Shown: positions 24,301-36,672 of the stretch, one piece after another
Numbering within the stretch: position 1 is the first letter of the stretch
How the letters are laid out: each line of letters starts with the position of its first letter
DNA from: Macrostomum hystrix
Taxonomy: Eukaryota; Animalia; Platyhelminthes
Assembly (NCBI GenBank): GCA_950097015.1
Contig: CATNEN010000038.1
Location: 27,218,001 to 27,282,000, forward strand
Reading direction: 5' to 3'
Length of the DNA stretch: 64,000 nucleotides
Notes under the pieces: generated by a model
Database searches by the model: none
Told to the model about the DNA's origin: nothing
What the model saw: only the letters and a program-made list of their open reading frames with translations
Made by a program: the position numbers and the translations under genes

Positions 24301-27300
24301 ATTCAAACTAGCCATGCTGATGATGATGGTTTAGCCATGATTCAAAGCCTGGTGTAGCCATGATTTAGTCTCTGGTTTAGCCATGATTCAAACTCTGGTT
24401 TAGCCATGATTCAGACGCTGGTTTAGCCATGATTCAGACGCTGGTTTAGCTATGATTTAGTCTCTGGTTTAGCCATGATTCAGACTCTAGTTTAGCCATG
24501 ATTCAGACTCTGGTTTAGCCATGATTCAGACTCTAGTTTAGCCATGATTCAAGATCTGGTTTAGCCATGATTCAAACTCTGGTTTAGCCATGATTCAAAC
24601 TCTGGTTTAGCCATGATTCAAACTCTGGTTTAGCCATGATTCAGACGCTGGTTTAGCCATGATTCAGACGCTGGTTTAGCTATGATTTAGTCTCTGGTTT
24701 AGCTATGATTTAGTCTCTGGTTTAGCCATGATTTAGTCTCTAGTTTAGCCATGATTCAGACTCTAGTTTAGCCATGATTCAGACTCTGGTTTAGCCATGA
24801 TTCAGACTCTGGTTTAGCCATGATTCAAGATCTGGTTTAGCCATGATTCAAATTCTGGTTTAGCCATGATTGAAACTCGGTTTTTGCCATGATTCAAACT
24901 CTGGTTTAGCCATGCTGATGATGATGGTTTAGCCATGATTCAAAGCCTGGTGTAGCCATGATTTAGTCTCTGGTTTAGCCATGATTCAAACTCTGGTTTA
25001 GCCATGATTCAGACGCTGGTTTAGCCATGATTCAGACGCTGGTTTAGCTATGATTTAGTCTCTGGTTTAGCCATGATTCAGACTCTGGTTTAGCCATGAT
25101 TCAGACTCTAGTTTAGCCATGATTCAAGATCTGGTTTAGCCATGATTCAAACTCTGGTTTAGCCATGATTCAAACTCTGGTTTAGCCATGATTCAAACTC
25201 TGGTTTAGCCATGATTCAGACGCTGGTTTAGCCATGATTCAGACGCTGGTTTAGCCATGATTCAGACGCTGGTTTAGCTATGATTTAGTCTCTGGTTTAG
25301 CCATGATTCAGACTCTAGTTTAGCCATGATTCAGACTCTGGTTTAGCCATGATTCAGACTCTAGTTTAGCGATGATTCAAGATCTGGTTTAGCCATGATT
25401 CAAATTCTGGTTTAGCCATGATTCAAACTCTGGTTTAGCCATGATTCAAACTGTGGTTTAGCCATGATTCAAAATCTGGTTTAGCCATGATTCAGACGCT
25501 GGTTTAGCCATGATTCAGACTCTGGTTTAGCCATGATGCAGACTCTGGTTTAGCCATGATTCAGACTATGGTTTAGCCATGATTCAGACTCTGGTTTAGC
25601 CATGATTCAGACTCTGGTTTAGCCATGATTCAGACTATGGTTTAGCCATGATTCAGACTCTGGTTTAGCCATGATTCAGACTCTGGTTTAGCCATGATTT
25701 AAATTCTGGTTAAGCCATGATTCAGACTCTGGTTTAGCCATGATTCAAACTCTGGTTAAGCCATGATTCAGACTCTGGTTTAGCCATGATTTAAATTCTG
25801 GTTAAGCCATGATTCAGACTCTGGCTTAGCCATGATTCAAACTCTAGTTTAGCCATGATTCAGACTCTGGTTTAGCCATGATTCAGACTCTAGTTTAGCC
25901 ATGATTCAAGATCTGGTTTAGCCATGATTCAAATTCTGGTTTAGCCATGATTCAAACTCTGGTTTAGCCATGATTCAAACTGTGGTTTAGCCATGATTCA
26001 AACTCTGGTTTAGCCATGATTCAGACGCTGGTTTAGCCATGATTCAGACGCTGGTTTAGCCATGATTCAGACTCTGGTTTAGCCATGATTCAGACTCTGG
26101 TTTAGCCATGATTCAGACTCTGGTTGAGCCATGATTCAGACTCTGGTTTAGCCATGATTCAGACTCTGGTTTAGCCATGATTCAGACTCTGGTTTAGCCA
26201 TGATTCAGACGCTGGTTTAGCCATGATTCAGACGCTGGTTTAGCCATGATTCAAACTCTGTTTTAACCATGATTCAAACTCTGGTTTAGCCATGATTCAA
26301 ACTCTGGTTTAGCCATGATTCAAACTCTGGTTTAGCCATGATTCAAACTCTGGTTTAGCCATGATTCAAACTCTGGTTTAGCCATGATTCAAACTCAGAT
26401 TTGCTATGATTTATGATATTTTATTTACGAAATGAAAAAAATAAATTAAAATAATCTTCAATCACTACTGGCTAAAAATTCGTCTAAATGATTTGACGCA
26501 GTGCAGAATCGAACCCTAGCCTAGCCTAACTTATTCCCAGTGCCTACACATCGGCTATTCCGACTGTTGGTTAGTGGGTGAAAAATCAGCCTTATAAAAT
26601 GAATTTTCAAAGTTCTGGCTTTGTACAATGAAGTAAGAAAATAGAGTACACTTAGTCTCGCGGTTGGTTGTGTACATTTATTTCAAATTTGTCTCCAGAG
26701 TGCAGGCTTCAAATTCAATCAGCTAGGGGTTGTTGCGCAATTTCTCTCCGCGGCTGCGCCACAATTTAATGTGGCCTCACTGCGGAATCGAGCTCAGGGA
26801 CCTTGGTGTGAGAGGTAGACGTGGTAACCGATCTGGCACTGACCCCCTAGTTAAGACCTTCTAATACTTTATAACTGAGTAGGCACCTTTTCGTGCGAAA
26901 AATGTGCTAGCACTAGCAATTGATACACATTAGTCACATGTGACACTTGGATAAAATTTACTAGACTCCAGTGATGAATAAATACACTGCGGAAAATCGC
27001 TAACTGCTAAATACAATGTTTATTAGATAAATTTATTATCAACTTCAAATATAGCATTTTATACGTTGAAAATATATTCAGCGTATTGATACTTCGTATG
27101 ATAGATCGTTGTGGCTTGTCAAACTAGAACATATTTTAGCGAATTCATGTTCCTAATTTAAATTTTAGAGACTATACGAGTATTAAAGGTATCCTAGATG
27201 CGTTAAAAGATGCATACCTAGTGTTGGTTACTATAGCGCTGATTAGGAATATGCATATATACTCACACGTCTGACCGGAAGCGATTGCTGCAGAGCTGTT

Positions 27301-27672
27301 TGGATATCCAGTTGCCGTAGCAAAGACTGTAAAGTTGTAACTATTACCAGAATTCAGGCCAGTACAGTTGTATTCAGTGCTAGAAACATCGCAGTTATCG
27401 CTGGCTAGAGGACAGTTGACACAATATTTCACGCCCGTTGGATATGCACTCCGGCTAAACCAAGTTAAATAAACTGAGCTAACTGTTGCTTTTGCAGGAA
27501 CAGCAGAAATATTATGGACCGCTTCAAGCGGCGGTTTAGTTGTCGCAACGGTAGATGTCTGGACTTGAGTGGTTCCAACGGTTGTTGACGCGGTATTATG
27601 TAGCGGTGTCATGACAGCGAAAATCACGATCAGCAGCAAGTTGCTGACCGAATCGCTTAGGCTAAGCCGCAT
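329..27672 (-). CDS. Multi-exon FN3-repeat type I membrane receptor, R3 receptor protein tyrosine phosphatase-like (PTPRB/J/Q, Ptp10D family); 3' end runs off the left edge
   Basis: Phase-consistent GT-AG exons: 27672-27267 (signal peptide, Thr-rich stretch, FN3); seven 252-nt FN3 exons; 13299-13051; 12535-12227; 12126-10604; 9783-9031; 8824-8244; micro-exons 7584-7543, 3391-3365, 370-329. About 1900 codons in total. FN3 motifs include WSPPEQPNGQIIAYTV and LTPYTNYS. The juxtamembrane motif FVIG..C..HCNGPL...PYRVYL is typical of R3 RPTPs, followed by a TM helix IIGGVIGAVLFALLIVILVILAI-KRR. No phosphatase domain is seen inside the window. Confidence 0.85.
481..3170. repeat. 30-bp minisatellite (gagggtgcgaaagggacagacaaggtcaga), about 89 units, intronic
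   Basis: Direct tandem periodicity with a few recurrent variants (aggga/ggaga, gtc/gtg). Confidence 0.98.
3365..3391 (-). CDS. 27-nt cytoplasmic micro-exon (R-PWWYENGF)
   Basis: attttttag| ... |GTCAGT, phase 2-2, in the short unique island between two satellites. Confidence 0.55.
3487..7330. repeat. 22-bp minisatellite (gaatgggattagagattattta), about 170 units, intronic
   Basis: Tandem periodicity; variant blocks recur at 418-bp and 640-bp spacing. Confidence 0.98.
7543..7584 (-). CDS. 42-nt cytoplasmic micro-exon (R-PHRDRNGDFSDTN)
   Basis: tttgaatttcag| ... |GTGAGA, phase 2-2, continues the TM exon in frame. Confidence 0.7.
7880..8115. repeat. 36-bp minisatellite (tgtctttgtacactgtcaaccacctcactcctcgct), about 6 units
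   Basis: Tandem copies in intron 7585-8243. Confidence 0.92.
8244..8824 (-). CDS. Juxtamembrane and transmembrane exon of the receptor
   Basis: Acceptor ctttcag|GAC and donor AG|GTAAGC; CNGPL motif, 23-residue hydrophobic helix, then KRR. Confidence 0.88.
8850..8965. repeat. Degenerate 20-bp repeat (gtcactggagtgaggtggct) filling a 206-bp intron
   Basis: About 6 imperfect units. Confidence 0.75.
9031..9783 (-). CDS. FN3 exon of the receptor
   Basis: Acceptor catcag|GAA TAT and donor CAG|GTAAGC; motifs LQPFTWYSFSVQA and WVEPLRRNGVPIRY. Confidence 0.85.
10604..12126 (-). CDS. Large multi-FN3 exon of the receptor
   Basis: Acceptor ctttag|ATCCC and donor AAT|GTGAGT; several FN3 repeats within ORF 10562..12226. 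Confidence 0.88.
12548..12985. repeat. 29-bp minisatellite (gtggtcagtgactcaggtgggtgacagag), about 15 units
   Basis: Fills most of intron 12536-13050. Confidence 0.95.
13427..22750 (-). CDS. Array of seven near-identical 252-nt FN3 exons: 22750-22499, 20881-20630, 19947-19696, 17937-17686, 17003-16752, 15589-15338, 13678-13427
   Basis: Each has a ctttccag| acceptor and a C|GTAAGT donor, phase 1-1, and 84 open codons (VSPVTSVSVTGSNETCLDVSW...NLQSGESHNV..VVKKGGFNDSVA...GKT). Confidence 0.9.
14005..14725. repeat. 19-bp minisatellite (gaattgatactatggaata) interrupted by a SINE; paralogous arrays at about 15915-16140, 18265-19085 and 21205-21890
   Basis: Same unit in the equivalent intron of each duplicated cassette, with different copy numbers. 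Confidence 0.92.
14195..14564 (-). mobile_element. tRNA-derived SINE (family A)
   Basis: Minus strand begins GGGGGTCGGTGGCAGAGCGG (box A) ... GTTCGATTCC (box B) and ends in a (TTA)n tail; several copies in the window. Confidence 0.85.
18550..18922 (-). mobile_element. tRNA-derived SINE (family A), paralogous insertion
   Basis: Near-identical to 14195-14564 and in the same minisatellite context, with a (TTA)n tail. Confidence 0.85.
23050..24110. repeat. 18-bp minisatellite (gttgacaatgatccccca)
   Basis: About 58 tandem units in intron 1 of the receptor. Confidence 0.97.
24120..26410. repeat. 23-bp minisatellite (ctggtttagccatgattcaaact)
   Basis: About 100 tandem units directly abutting the 18-bp array, with internal block duplications. 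Confidence 0.97.
26743..26848 (-). mobile_element. SINE family A, 5' head fragment
   Basis: Matches the tRNA-like head of 14195-14564 (ggctgcgcc...gtggcctc...ggaatcga...gacccc). Confidence 0.7.
27267..27672 (-). CDS. First coding exon of the FN3 receptor (signal peptide, Thr-rich linker, Cys-containing FN3)
   Basis: ATG at 27672, hydrophobic LLLIVIFAV, motif TGLNSGNSYNFTVFA, donor ACGT|GTGAGT at 27266 (phase 1). Confidence 0.8.
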
Positions 27673-29129
27673 TGAGTTGCTTTGGAGCAGTTAGGAAAGG
27701 AATTGAGAAGAATTGCTTCCCAGCTCTTTACTGTGCTGCAAGGACGCGAAAGTTTATGTAGAGAAGCGAACAATCTTAGGAACACGGAAATGCCAAATGT
27801 ATTTATTATAATTCTTTTTGTTTTCAACTACCAGTGACAGGCTTTAGGGAGAGTATAGAAAAGTAGAGCTTGAGTCTTATATAGTGTAGCCTTGCGGCAT
27901 TATTTATATATAGCATTCGAAATGGACTGCGTTGAGTGTGCGCATTAGAAATGCTAATTTGCTAACCGAGCCTGACCCAACCAGAGGCGCATTGAAGCAA
28001 GGGTGGACGGGGGAAGACGGTGAGCGCACAACGCGACTAACTTTGATATCGTGCACTCTGTCTTTCTTTCTCTTTTTTTCCGACCCGCTCGTTACCTGAA
28101 GCAAGCCTATACTCCATTTAACAAGGCGACGAAAAAATATAGTCAACCTGTGATGCTATTTTAGGTTACACAAAGCCGTATGCAATTTGTATGGCTGTCG
28201 GTTGGGTCAGTCATATTCAGTTGACAATACGAATATACCATCGCCTATACTGTTGTTCAAGCCAGTGCTTGAATTAAAGAGGCCAAAATAGAAAGATTAG
28301 GAACAAGGATTTCATATTCAATAGAGCCACATGGAATAGCTAGATATATATCAATTCTATACACATTTTTGTACTTCAACAATACAAAACTGAACTAAAA
28401 TCTTTATCTAACTCAAGAACAAACGAACAAACAAGCAATCAGTCTGAGGTAATATGCACACGCACACAAGAATGCTGAATGTCGACAAGCTTTACGTATT
28501 AATACTTAGCATCCGTGAAGCTAATTTAATTTAGACGAATGCGCGATAGGACTATAACTATAGTTAATCTATTCAGAACTCAAACATTAGTATGTGTGGG
28601 ACAGTGCGGTCAGGTGTAGTCCAACTCAAACAGAAATAGGCACCATGGTGGATCGATAATACAGCATATCTAATCTAGCGGAGATTAAAAGTCTCAACGG
28701 ACTGCATGGCTAGCAAGGCAACTAATGTAGTCCTGTTCGCCCCGAACGCTGCTATCATGCAGCCAGTGCTTCAGCTTATTAAGACGCACCTGTCGAAACC
28801 TAAATTAGCAGTTTTACAGCGCAGTTAGTCTGAGTGTTGGCATTATTATTAGCATTCCATTTGGCCATTTTAGGCTTAAATTAAGTAGCTAACTTTCTAA
28901 TAGAGTTCCGACTAGGTAACATCTGCAAGCGTCTAGGCGAACTGAATAGTGTGCAAATTTATTCTCCAGTTTAGCTGAAGTATAGATTCTACTAAACTGC
29001 AGCTAAGTAAATGATTTGCTTCATTGACTAACTGGCTATGGCTTCGACACAACTCGCATATCACACTTTTACCAGCTAAAATATTGATACTTCAGAACAA
29101 ACAGTAATAGGCAGGGAGTAATCCACTTT

Positions 29130-29990
29130 GTCCCTGATTACTTCACTCCCTCCTTGACTATTCCACTCCCTCCTTGACTACTCCACTCCCTCCTTGACTA
29201 CTCCACTCCCTCCTTGACTACTCCACTCCCTCCTTGACTATTCCACTCCCTCCTTGACTACTCCACTCCCTCCTTGACTACTCCACTCCCTCCTTGACTA
29301 CTCCACTCCCTCCTTGACTACTCCATTCCCTCCTTGACTACTCCACTCTCTCCTATAGACTACTCCACTCCCTTCTATAGACTACTCCACTCCCTTCTAG
29401 ACTACTCCACTCCCTCCTTGACTACTCCATTCCCTCCTTGACTACTCCACTCCCTCCTTGACTACTCCACTCCCTCCTTGACTACTCCACTCCCTCCTAT
29501 AGACTACTCCACTCCCTCCTATAGACTACTCCACTCCCTTCTATAGACTACTCCACTCCCTCCTATAGACTACTCCACTCCCTCCTATAGACTACTCCAC
29601 TCCCTCCTATAGACTAATCCACTCCCTCCTATAGACTACTCCACTCCCTTCTATAGACTACTCCACTCCCTCCTATAGACTACTCCACTCCCTCCTATAG
29701 ACTACTCCACTCCCTTCTATAGACTACTCCACTCCCTCCTATAGACTACTCCACTCCCTCCTATAGACTACTCCACTCCCTCCTATAGACTAATCCACTC
29801 CCTCCTATAGACTACTCCACTCCCTTCTATAGACTACTCCACTCCCTCCTATAGACTAATCCACTCCCTCCTATAGACTACTCCACTCCCTTCTATAGAC
29901 TACTCCACTCCCTCCTATAGACTACTCCACTCCCTTCTAGACTACTCCACTCCCTTCTAGACTACTCCACTCCGTCTAGACGTCTCCCTC
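29130..29990. repeat. 20/22-bp minisatellite (ctccactccctccttgacta changing to ctccactccctcctatagacta)
   Basis: Tandem array whose unit length shifts along its length. Confidence 0.95.
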
Positions 29991-32900
29991 CCTCCTAGAT
30001 TACATATTCTGTTAACATGGCAAGCGGATGTCTGCCGGCTGCCAAGCATTTTATTCTTGAAATACTATCGATCTAGAACATTTGCATATAGATTTACATC
30101 TCACTTCCAACTTCCTACACCTGACTTCAGTTTTTGTAAACAGTCTTCTTACACTGTATAAACTATTCGCAGTTTCGCAGCACTGTATAATATGCTGGGA
30201 AAATGGATAGAACAGGTTTGGCTAATAAGAAGGAGATGCTAAAAATAGAAACTCGGTGTAAAAATTGCTCAAGTAACAACGACAGTGTAGAATCTTCAGC
30301 AATAGTTTCATTATTTAAAATTTTCAATGCAACACAAGCTAAGTGCTGCGCATACGACTACACACTGTATACACCGCTGCTAATGCTTTTGGCCCCCCTA
30401 TCTTTACGAAATTATGTAGCTGCGAAAATTCTAGAAAAATCAACTTCACACTGAGCCAGCAAGCTTTTCCGCTACATGTTATTATTGGAAATAGAACTCT
30501 GGGCAGTAAGCCTACTTTTAGATACAAACAGCGGCACACAGATTGCATTCCTGATTTAAACATACTCACTTATGACCGACCATCATAGTGTTTCATGCTT
30601 ATTGATCACTAAACTGTTTTAAATAGATAAAATGAATATAATATATATAAGCCACATTAAATATGGATTTTAGATTATTTTAAGTTGAAGTGCGTTAAAA
30701 CCATAGAGATGCTATATATAATTATATAAAATAGCTAAGGTGTTTATTTTAATTAAAAAAATAAAGTAGTACATAATAAATGACAACAAGTAAATTACCC
30801 AAGTCAATTAGTTAGCAAATATGCTAAATCATTTATGTTAAGTCTAAACTAAGTCATTTCAGCTAAAAAATAAGAAATTACTTCTCATTTTCATCTAAAA
30901 TAATTAAGAGTAATCTGATAACTAGGAAGAATATCAGTACTAAGAGGCCAGAAGCTTCATAGCCAAATAGAAACAGAAATAACAAGCACTTGCTTGGGCA
31001 AGACATGTCTGAGTTATGCCTATGAGGAACGCCTCTATGCTGATCCACCAGCTGACACAAGTGCAAATTTGCAGCTGAGTGTTCATGGTTGACCCTAGAG
31101 TGGCCAGACACAATAGGCAAGAGTGCTACACTATAAAGGCCCTCTGGCTAAATTGAGTGAGGGACATAGCCCCAGCCTTTTTACCTATGTTTTGAGGTAC
31201 CTTTTGAGGTCACCCTTTGACAGGAAATGGCTCTGAGTATTGGTATTGCCCTTTGACTCTGGGAGGATACAAATTTTTTGTACTACTGAGGTCTTGCTAT
31301 ACTAAGGGCTAGGGATTAGTCAGGTAACTAGCAGTCTTTTCTATTTTGCCTAGCCAAGCTATTTTGCCTAGCTAGTGCTTGACCAGTCAGTGTTCTTTTT
31401 ATTAATTATTAATAAAAATGTGCATGTCATCTATGAAATATCAAACTAAAGCTAAAGCTAAAACTGAAACTGAAGCTAAATATTTCATGTAGAACAAATG
31501 ATAGGCCACAAAAACTTTGAATTGATTGCAAATTGAAGCATAAAGTTATAAGATAAGACCTATTCATTTCTGTGTTTCCTTCATCAAAGTGTTAGATAAG
31601 GAAGATTAAGCAAATTGGGGCATAAAGATGAAAACACAAAAATATTGTCTGAATAGCCAACTATCTAAGCCTAGCTAGCTGCCAATGCTAAGTCAACTTT
31701 AAATCCAACAACATAATCATGCATACTTGATAGACATATATGTCAATGTCTTGTTTATGATTATATGCATAAAATTGTTTAGAAATTGCAGCTTCCATGG
31801 AACTTATAAATTTATAGTAAGACCATAAAACAAGTGCTCAGTGTTTCTATTATAGGAACAAAGTTCAAGATAGGCGATAGCGAGAAGTACACCTCACTTA
31901 CTTGAAGCAAAATTTTGAAACTTATGTCGAACTTAGAGACAATTAAAAAAACTGCACCGAAATATTTGTATTCAAAGTTAAATAAATTTGAAAATAAAAG
32001 TTTGCGATCACGGCACAATAGTATTACGTTTAGATATTATAGCTACGTTATACAATTATTGCTCTTTATATTTGGGAAGTTCAATTTTAAGGACCAATAG
32101 AAAAGCAAACAATGGTGCCCATATAGCGAAAAGCAAATAGTAAATACATAAGATATTTTGTATACAGTGACCATGCACCGTTTTAAAATATGGTATCTGA
32201 GTATCTTAAACTTTACTTTGCCTGAAGTAAACGCCTCTTTATAGAGTTAGTATCTTAGAAAATTGCGAACCTAAATTAGCGCTTGTTGAATTAACGCAAT
32301 CGTTCGATTAAAACATAATCATCTAACACACGGGTAATTTTTCGAAACAAATAGTGGTAGGTATGTAACTAAGGTGCCTATCTTTTACGTAATTTTTCTC
32401 TTAAACGAGAAACCGATTTAAGAAGTTAGGGAACTTTTATTACCTAAATTTAGAATGGACATGATCTGCAATTACCTTACCAAGCAATTATTTGTTACTA
32501 TTTTAGCTACGCTCGTATTACTAAAACTATAGACAGGATTCAAAAGTTCTTAAAGTACACCAAAATTATATTGGGGTGAAATAAACGAAAAATATACTAT
32601 ACTCCGTGAAATGTGAAGAAAAAGAAGAATTTTTAGCGACAACTTTTTCGGCATCGTAGGACTTTATAAATGTGTATTGTACAACAAAGGAAGAGGTAAA
32701 CCTTTAATACACTCAAGCTCAATGTATTGAAAAATATGTTTTAGTCTTAAACAATATAAAAATCATTTAGTTTTGAACGATTTTCGAAGACTATACTGAA
32801 CGGGTGCATTTTTTATAGTCGTCGTTGTAGATTTTTTTTAAATTAAGAACGAAAATAAAAAGAGCTTCTCAAAATGACTTATATACTAACTGATAAGAAA

Positions 32901-33899
32901 TGTACTGATGAGATATTACACAGATTCACAACTGAGACAACTAGATATCAGATCCAAGCGAATGCAACTTCAAGTATAGGTCCAGCCAAATCTAAATCGC
33001 AAACACAGCATATTACTTTATTGAGACCAAGTTTCGTTCATTACTTAATCTTAGTGTTGATCGAGTTGACTGCACATTGGTGGCGTTTAGCAACAGCTGT
33101 TGCTGTATATTTTTAATGGCGTTTTTGACATCTGGAGACCTTGGCATTTTCCTACTATATGATCCCAATTCTTCGTTGCGTTTTACATAAGCAGCTTAAT
33201 TATAATCCCCAAAACAGCTTATGTAGAAAGCTGAATTCGTTTTCTGGCATATCTCCATGTAGTATGATAGTATTTCAATAGAAACCCGCCTTCAAGCTGA
33301 AGCATTCTCAGTGTTAAAATCTAAAAATCTCTATAGCTTTAGAATTACGTATCTTAGTATACTTATACTTAAAATGTAAATTCTCATGCGGAGACATCAA
33401 TTACGACTATATTCAGGAATTATGTACGTATGTTGGCTGGTAATACAGGGATAGCGGTTGAAAAAATTCGAATGAATTCCCACGTCTTCTGGCTGCAAAG
33501 GAAAGACATCAAAAGTTAAATAAATCTACATGATTACAGAAATAACAAGACATGAGTAGGCCAAATGTATAGTCTCACGTCTCAGAGAACTTCACCTCGA
33601 TGATCACGTAGGCGCAAAAAATCTAGATTTGCTGCAGGTATGTTATTTTGGCTTCAAACAAATGATGCAGATTTTATTTCACATAGAAATGTGAAATATA
33701 AAAAACATAAATTATAAAGTAATGTCATCAAATAGTATAGTAGTAAGAGATTAAAGTTTAGTAACAGTAGTCAAAATTCATTATTAACTATAATAGTTGT
33801 CAATAATGTGTGAAACAACCTCGAGCATATAAAAGAGAGTTCACACAATAAAGCAACTCCAGAACAAAGGCAGACAGAGCATCGCGTAAATCAAGCTGT

Positions 33900-34208
33900 T
33901 TAGGAGATAGGGTTGGCCATTCGGTGCGAGCTGGTCGTATGTAGCTGCTGATTTAACTGATTTACAGCAGTCGAGCGATGTTGAGGTGCCATGTAACTGT
34001 CATCCAGAAGGACACATTGCTCTGTGCCACCGAATGCCGCATTCATCAATGGTAGCAGATGTGTTTGCAAAAGATTGGCGTCAGATCCGGCAGTAATAGA
34101 TGCGTCTAGAAAGACCAGATCCGTCTTTGAATGTAGGGTGATGCCGGCCCACACATGTACGGATGCAGACTGGCCTTTGTGCTCTGCACGTGTTGTTGCT
34201 GCCGCCAC
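33900..34208 (-). pseudogene. Degenerate Tc1-like DDE transposase fragment
   Basis: VHVWAGITLHSKTDLVFLD ... LLPLM ... VLLDD..APQHRS resembles Tc1 VWG..S/QDNAP.H motifs; truncated. Confidence 0.65.
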
Positions 34209-34841
34209 ACGCGAAATCGGCTCTCATCAGTAAAATTATTCCAAAATATGTTCCGAAATCGATGCTCACACTGCATCGATTGCATGGCTTAGCTCCGTTT
34301 GGACAAACCGAGCGATGAGCAAAAATGACCAAAAACTGGGCCAAAACATACCAGCAAATCTTGCCATGCCTTTTTGCGCCCGCGTGAGGGTCAAATCTGA
34401 AATGTTGCTGAATGTATACAAGTACGTGATATTAGCTTTTTGATAGGATTTAGAGCCAGTAAAAACGAGGTATGCCAGTCGTCGAAACGGTAATCTCAAA
34501 CGCTTCCCAGCGCTAATAGCATAATGATTTATGTTATATAGATTTACATGATTTATTAGACAAATATTGAACACATAAAAACAATACAGCACCACAAAAT
34601 ACTTTTTGTTAGCAGCCCGCGTTGGCAATCAAACCAATAGTGGGTAATTCAAGGTAAGAAAAAATAAACGAGGACTGTTGTTTTTTCTCGTCCCAGTTAT
34701 TTGGTTAAACAAAAAGATTGCTGGTTACCCACACAGTTGGATCACATGACAGATTTGACTCCCATATCATTTTGACACATCCAACCGATTCGAGTCCTCA
34801 GCGGTAAGTCAAGCACGATAGGTAAAAGCTTATTAAATGCG

Positions 34842-35975
34842 ATGCAACAGCTGCGAAAATTGATCAAGCCAGTTCTTCTGGTGGCAGGCATTCTCCTCCT
34901 CACAGCCCTTAACCTGAAGGTTTTCCAAGGTAAAGAAAGTTTGAAAACTTTATTGAAAAGCCGATCTAAAGCCAGCGAGGACACGGACATTGTGCAGGTT
35001 ACCCCAGAAAACCCGCTGCCTCCGGGAGCTTGCAGCGCCTACAGCGAGCTGCGCAACCTGAACTTTCTGCACAAGTCCATCAAGGAGAACATCTGCGAGG
35101 GCGCCATCGCCTACACCGTTGTGAACAGCGCGTTTCCCCTGTGCCGACTGAAACAGCAGCTGCCGCAGGTGCTCACTGACGCCGTCAGGGCTGGCAGCAC
35201 TGAGACATTCATCCTGAGCCCCCTCACTAGGAGAAGTGTTCCCAGCTTCGTCTACTCCAGTCCTGACCTCATCTCCACGAGCATCCGCAACGCGCACATC
35301 TTCGAGGAGAGGAACGTGCGCATCATGCAGCACATCGTCCAGAAGCTGAACGCTCAGTCGCCAGTCACATTCATCGACATCGGCTCTAACATCGGCGTGT
35401 TCACTCTGTCGGCACTCGACCTCGGAGTGCCCGTCATCGCTCTGGACGCGAACATCCGCAATCTCATTCGCATCAAGCTCTCATCCGAGGCCACAAAACT
35501 GCCACACAAGCTGCACCTGCTGTGGAACTTCATCAGCCGGCAGGTGTCTCTCATGTACCTGAACTTTCCACAAGACTGCAACATCGGCGGTGCCACCAAG
35601 TTCGGCAGGGCGGTTGTCGATACCATCCCAATCATGTCGGCGAACGCAGATTCCATAGTCAGACTAGTCAACACGAAGTTTGTTGTCCTGAAGGTCGACA
35701 TCGAGGGCGGTGAAGGAGAGTTCTTCAAGAGCGCCCAGAAGATGTTTGAGCGCTTCACCATTCCCGTGGTCCACATGGAGTGGCTGAAACGACACATGAG
35801 CGAGGAGGAGCGCCTGTTCATGATCAAGTTCTTCACGGACCGGCGCTACAGCCCCAGGACCATGACCGATTTAAACAAGCTCATTAATATCCGGGACAAT
35901 TTCTACGAAGGTGATGACCTCATTTGGCTACACGAAGAGTTTTTGAAGAGCACCGTTTTTACTAGTCTGCTCTGA
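34842..35975 (+). CDS. FkbM-family (Methyltransf_21) SAM-dependent methyltransferase with N-terminal type II membrane anchor, copy 1, intronless
   Basis: 377 aa; FIDIGSNIGVFTL (SAM-binding motif I) and VLKVDIEGGE (FkbM motif); basic N-terminus followed by VLLVAGILLLTALNL. Confidence 0.9.
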   Translation: MQQLRKLIKPVLLVAGILLLTALNLKVFQGKESLKTLLKSRSKASEDTDIVQVTPENPLPPGACSAYSELRNLNFLHKSIKENICEGAIAYTVVNSAFPLCRLKQQLPQVLTDAVRAGSTETFILSPLTRRSVPSFVYSSPDLISTSIRNAHIFEERNVRIMQHIVQKLNAQSPVTFIDIGSNIGVFTLSALDLGVPVIALDANIRNLIRIKLSSEATKLPHKLHLLWNFISRQVSLMYLNFPQDCNIGGATKFGRAVVDTIPIMSANADSIVRLVNTKFVVLKVDIEGGEGEFFKSAQKMFERFTIPVVHMEWLKRHMSEEERLFMIKFFTDRRYSPRTMTDLNKLINIRDNFYEGDDLIWLHEEFLKSTVFTSLL

Positions 35976-36259
35976 AATATACAAAGCATAAAGGTTTGAG
36001 TATGCCGTGCATGTTATATTCATGAATATTTCGTAAAAACGCCGAAAAGGAACTGTTTTTCGCATCAATAGTCTTCCGGGAGTAGAATTGTTTCGTTTTG
36101 TCGCATGCCTTTTTATTGTAGTTATTGAGAAAATTATTAATAAAACTAGTACACTAAGCCCCCTTGGGGGAGCACTACTGTTCAGACAAAAAGTATTGTG
36201 TAATGCAGAAGGGCAAAACACACCTGAAAGTAAACAAAAACGAAAACTCGTTTCGTCAG

Positions 36260-36672
36260 TATGAATTTCCCTGCATGCCCTTCACGCTTTCACTTTAGAT
36301 AATTCGTGCAAGCTAGTTAAATAATTATGATATCCCTTGTTAATTTTGGTTTTCATCGATAATTCGTGAATTTACGTCGATAATTTTTCTTCCCTCAATA
36401 ATTCATGTTTTTCCCAAGATGGATCATTCTTTTCCCTCGAGAATTCATGCTTTTCCTTCGATAATTCGTGCTTTACCTCGATAACCTGGTTCCCCCCTCG
36501 ATAACTCATGATTCCCCTCGATAATTCATGCTACCCCACTTGATAATTAATGTTTTTTCTTCAATTGGTCATGCCACGTCGCTGATATTTCATACTTTCT
36601 CTCTAATAATTCAGGATTTACGGTTTTTTATTCATGCTTCCCCCTAGATAATTCATGCTATCCCTTCAATAA
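36260..36672. repeat. Degenerate ~22-bp repeat (gataattcatgct..cccctc); the same family recurs at about 42005-42330
   Basis: Recurrent ataattcatgct motif on both sides of the Gypsy-containing block. Confidence 0.75.
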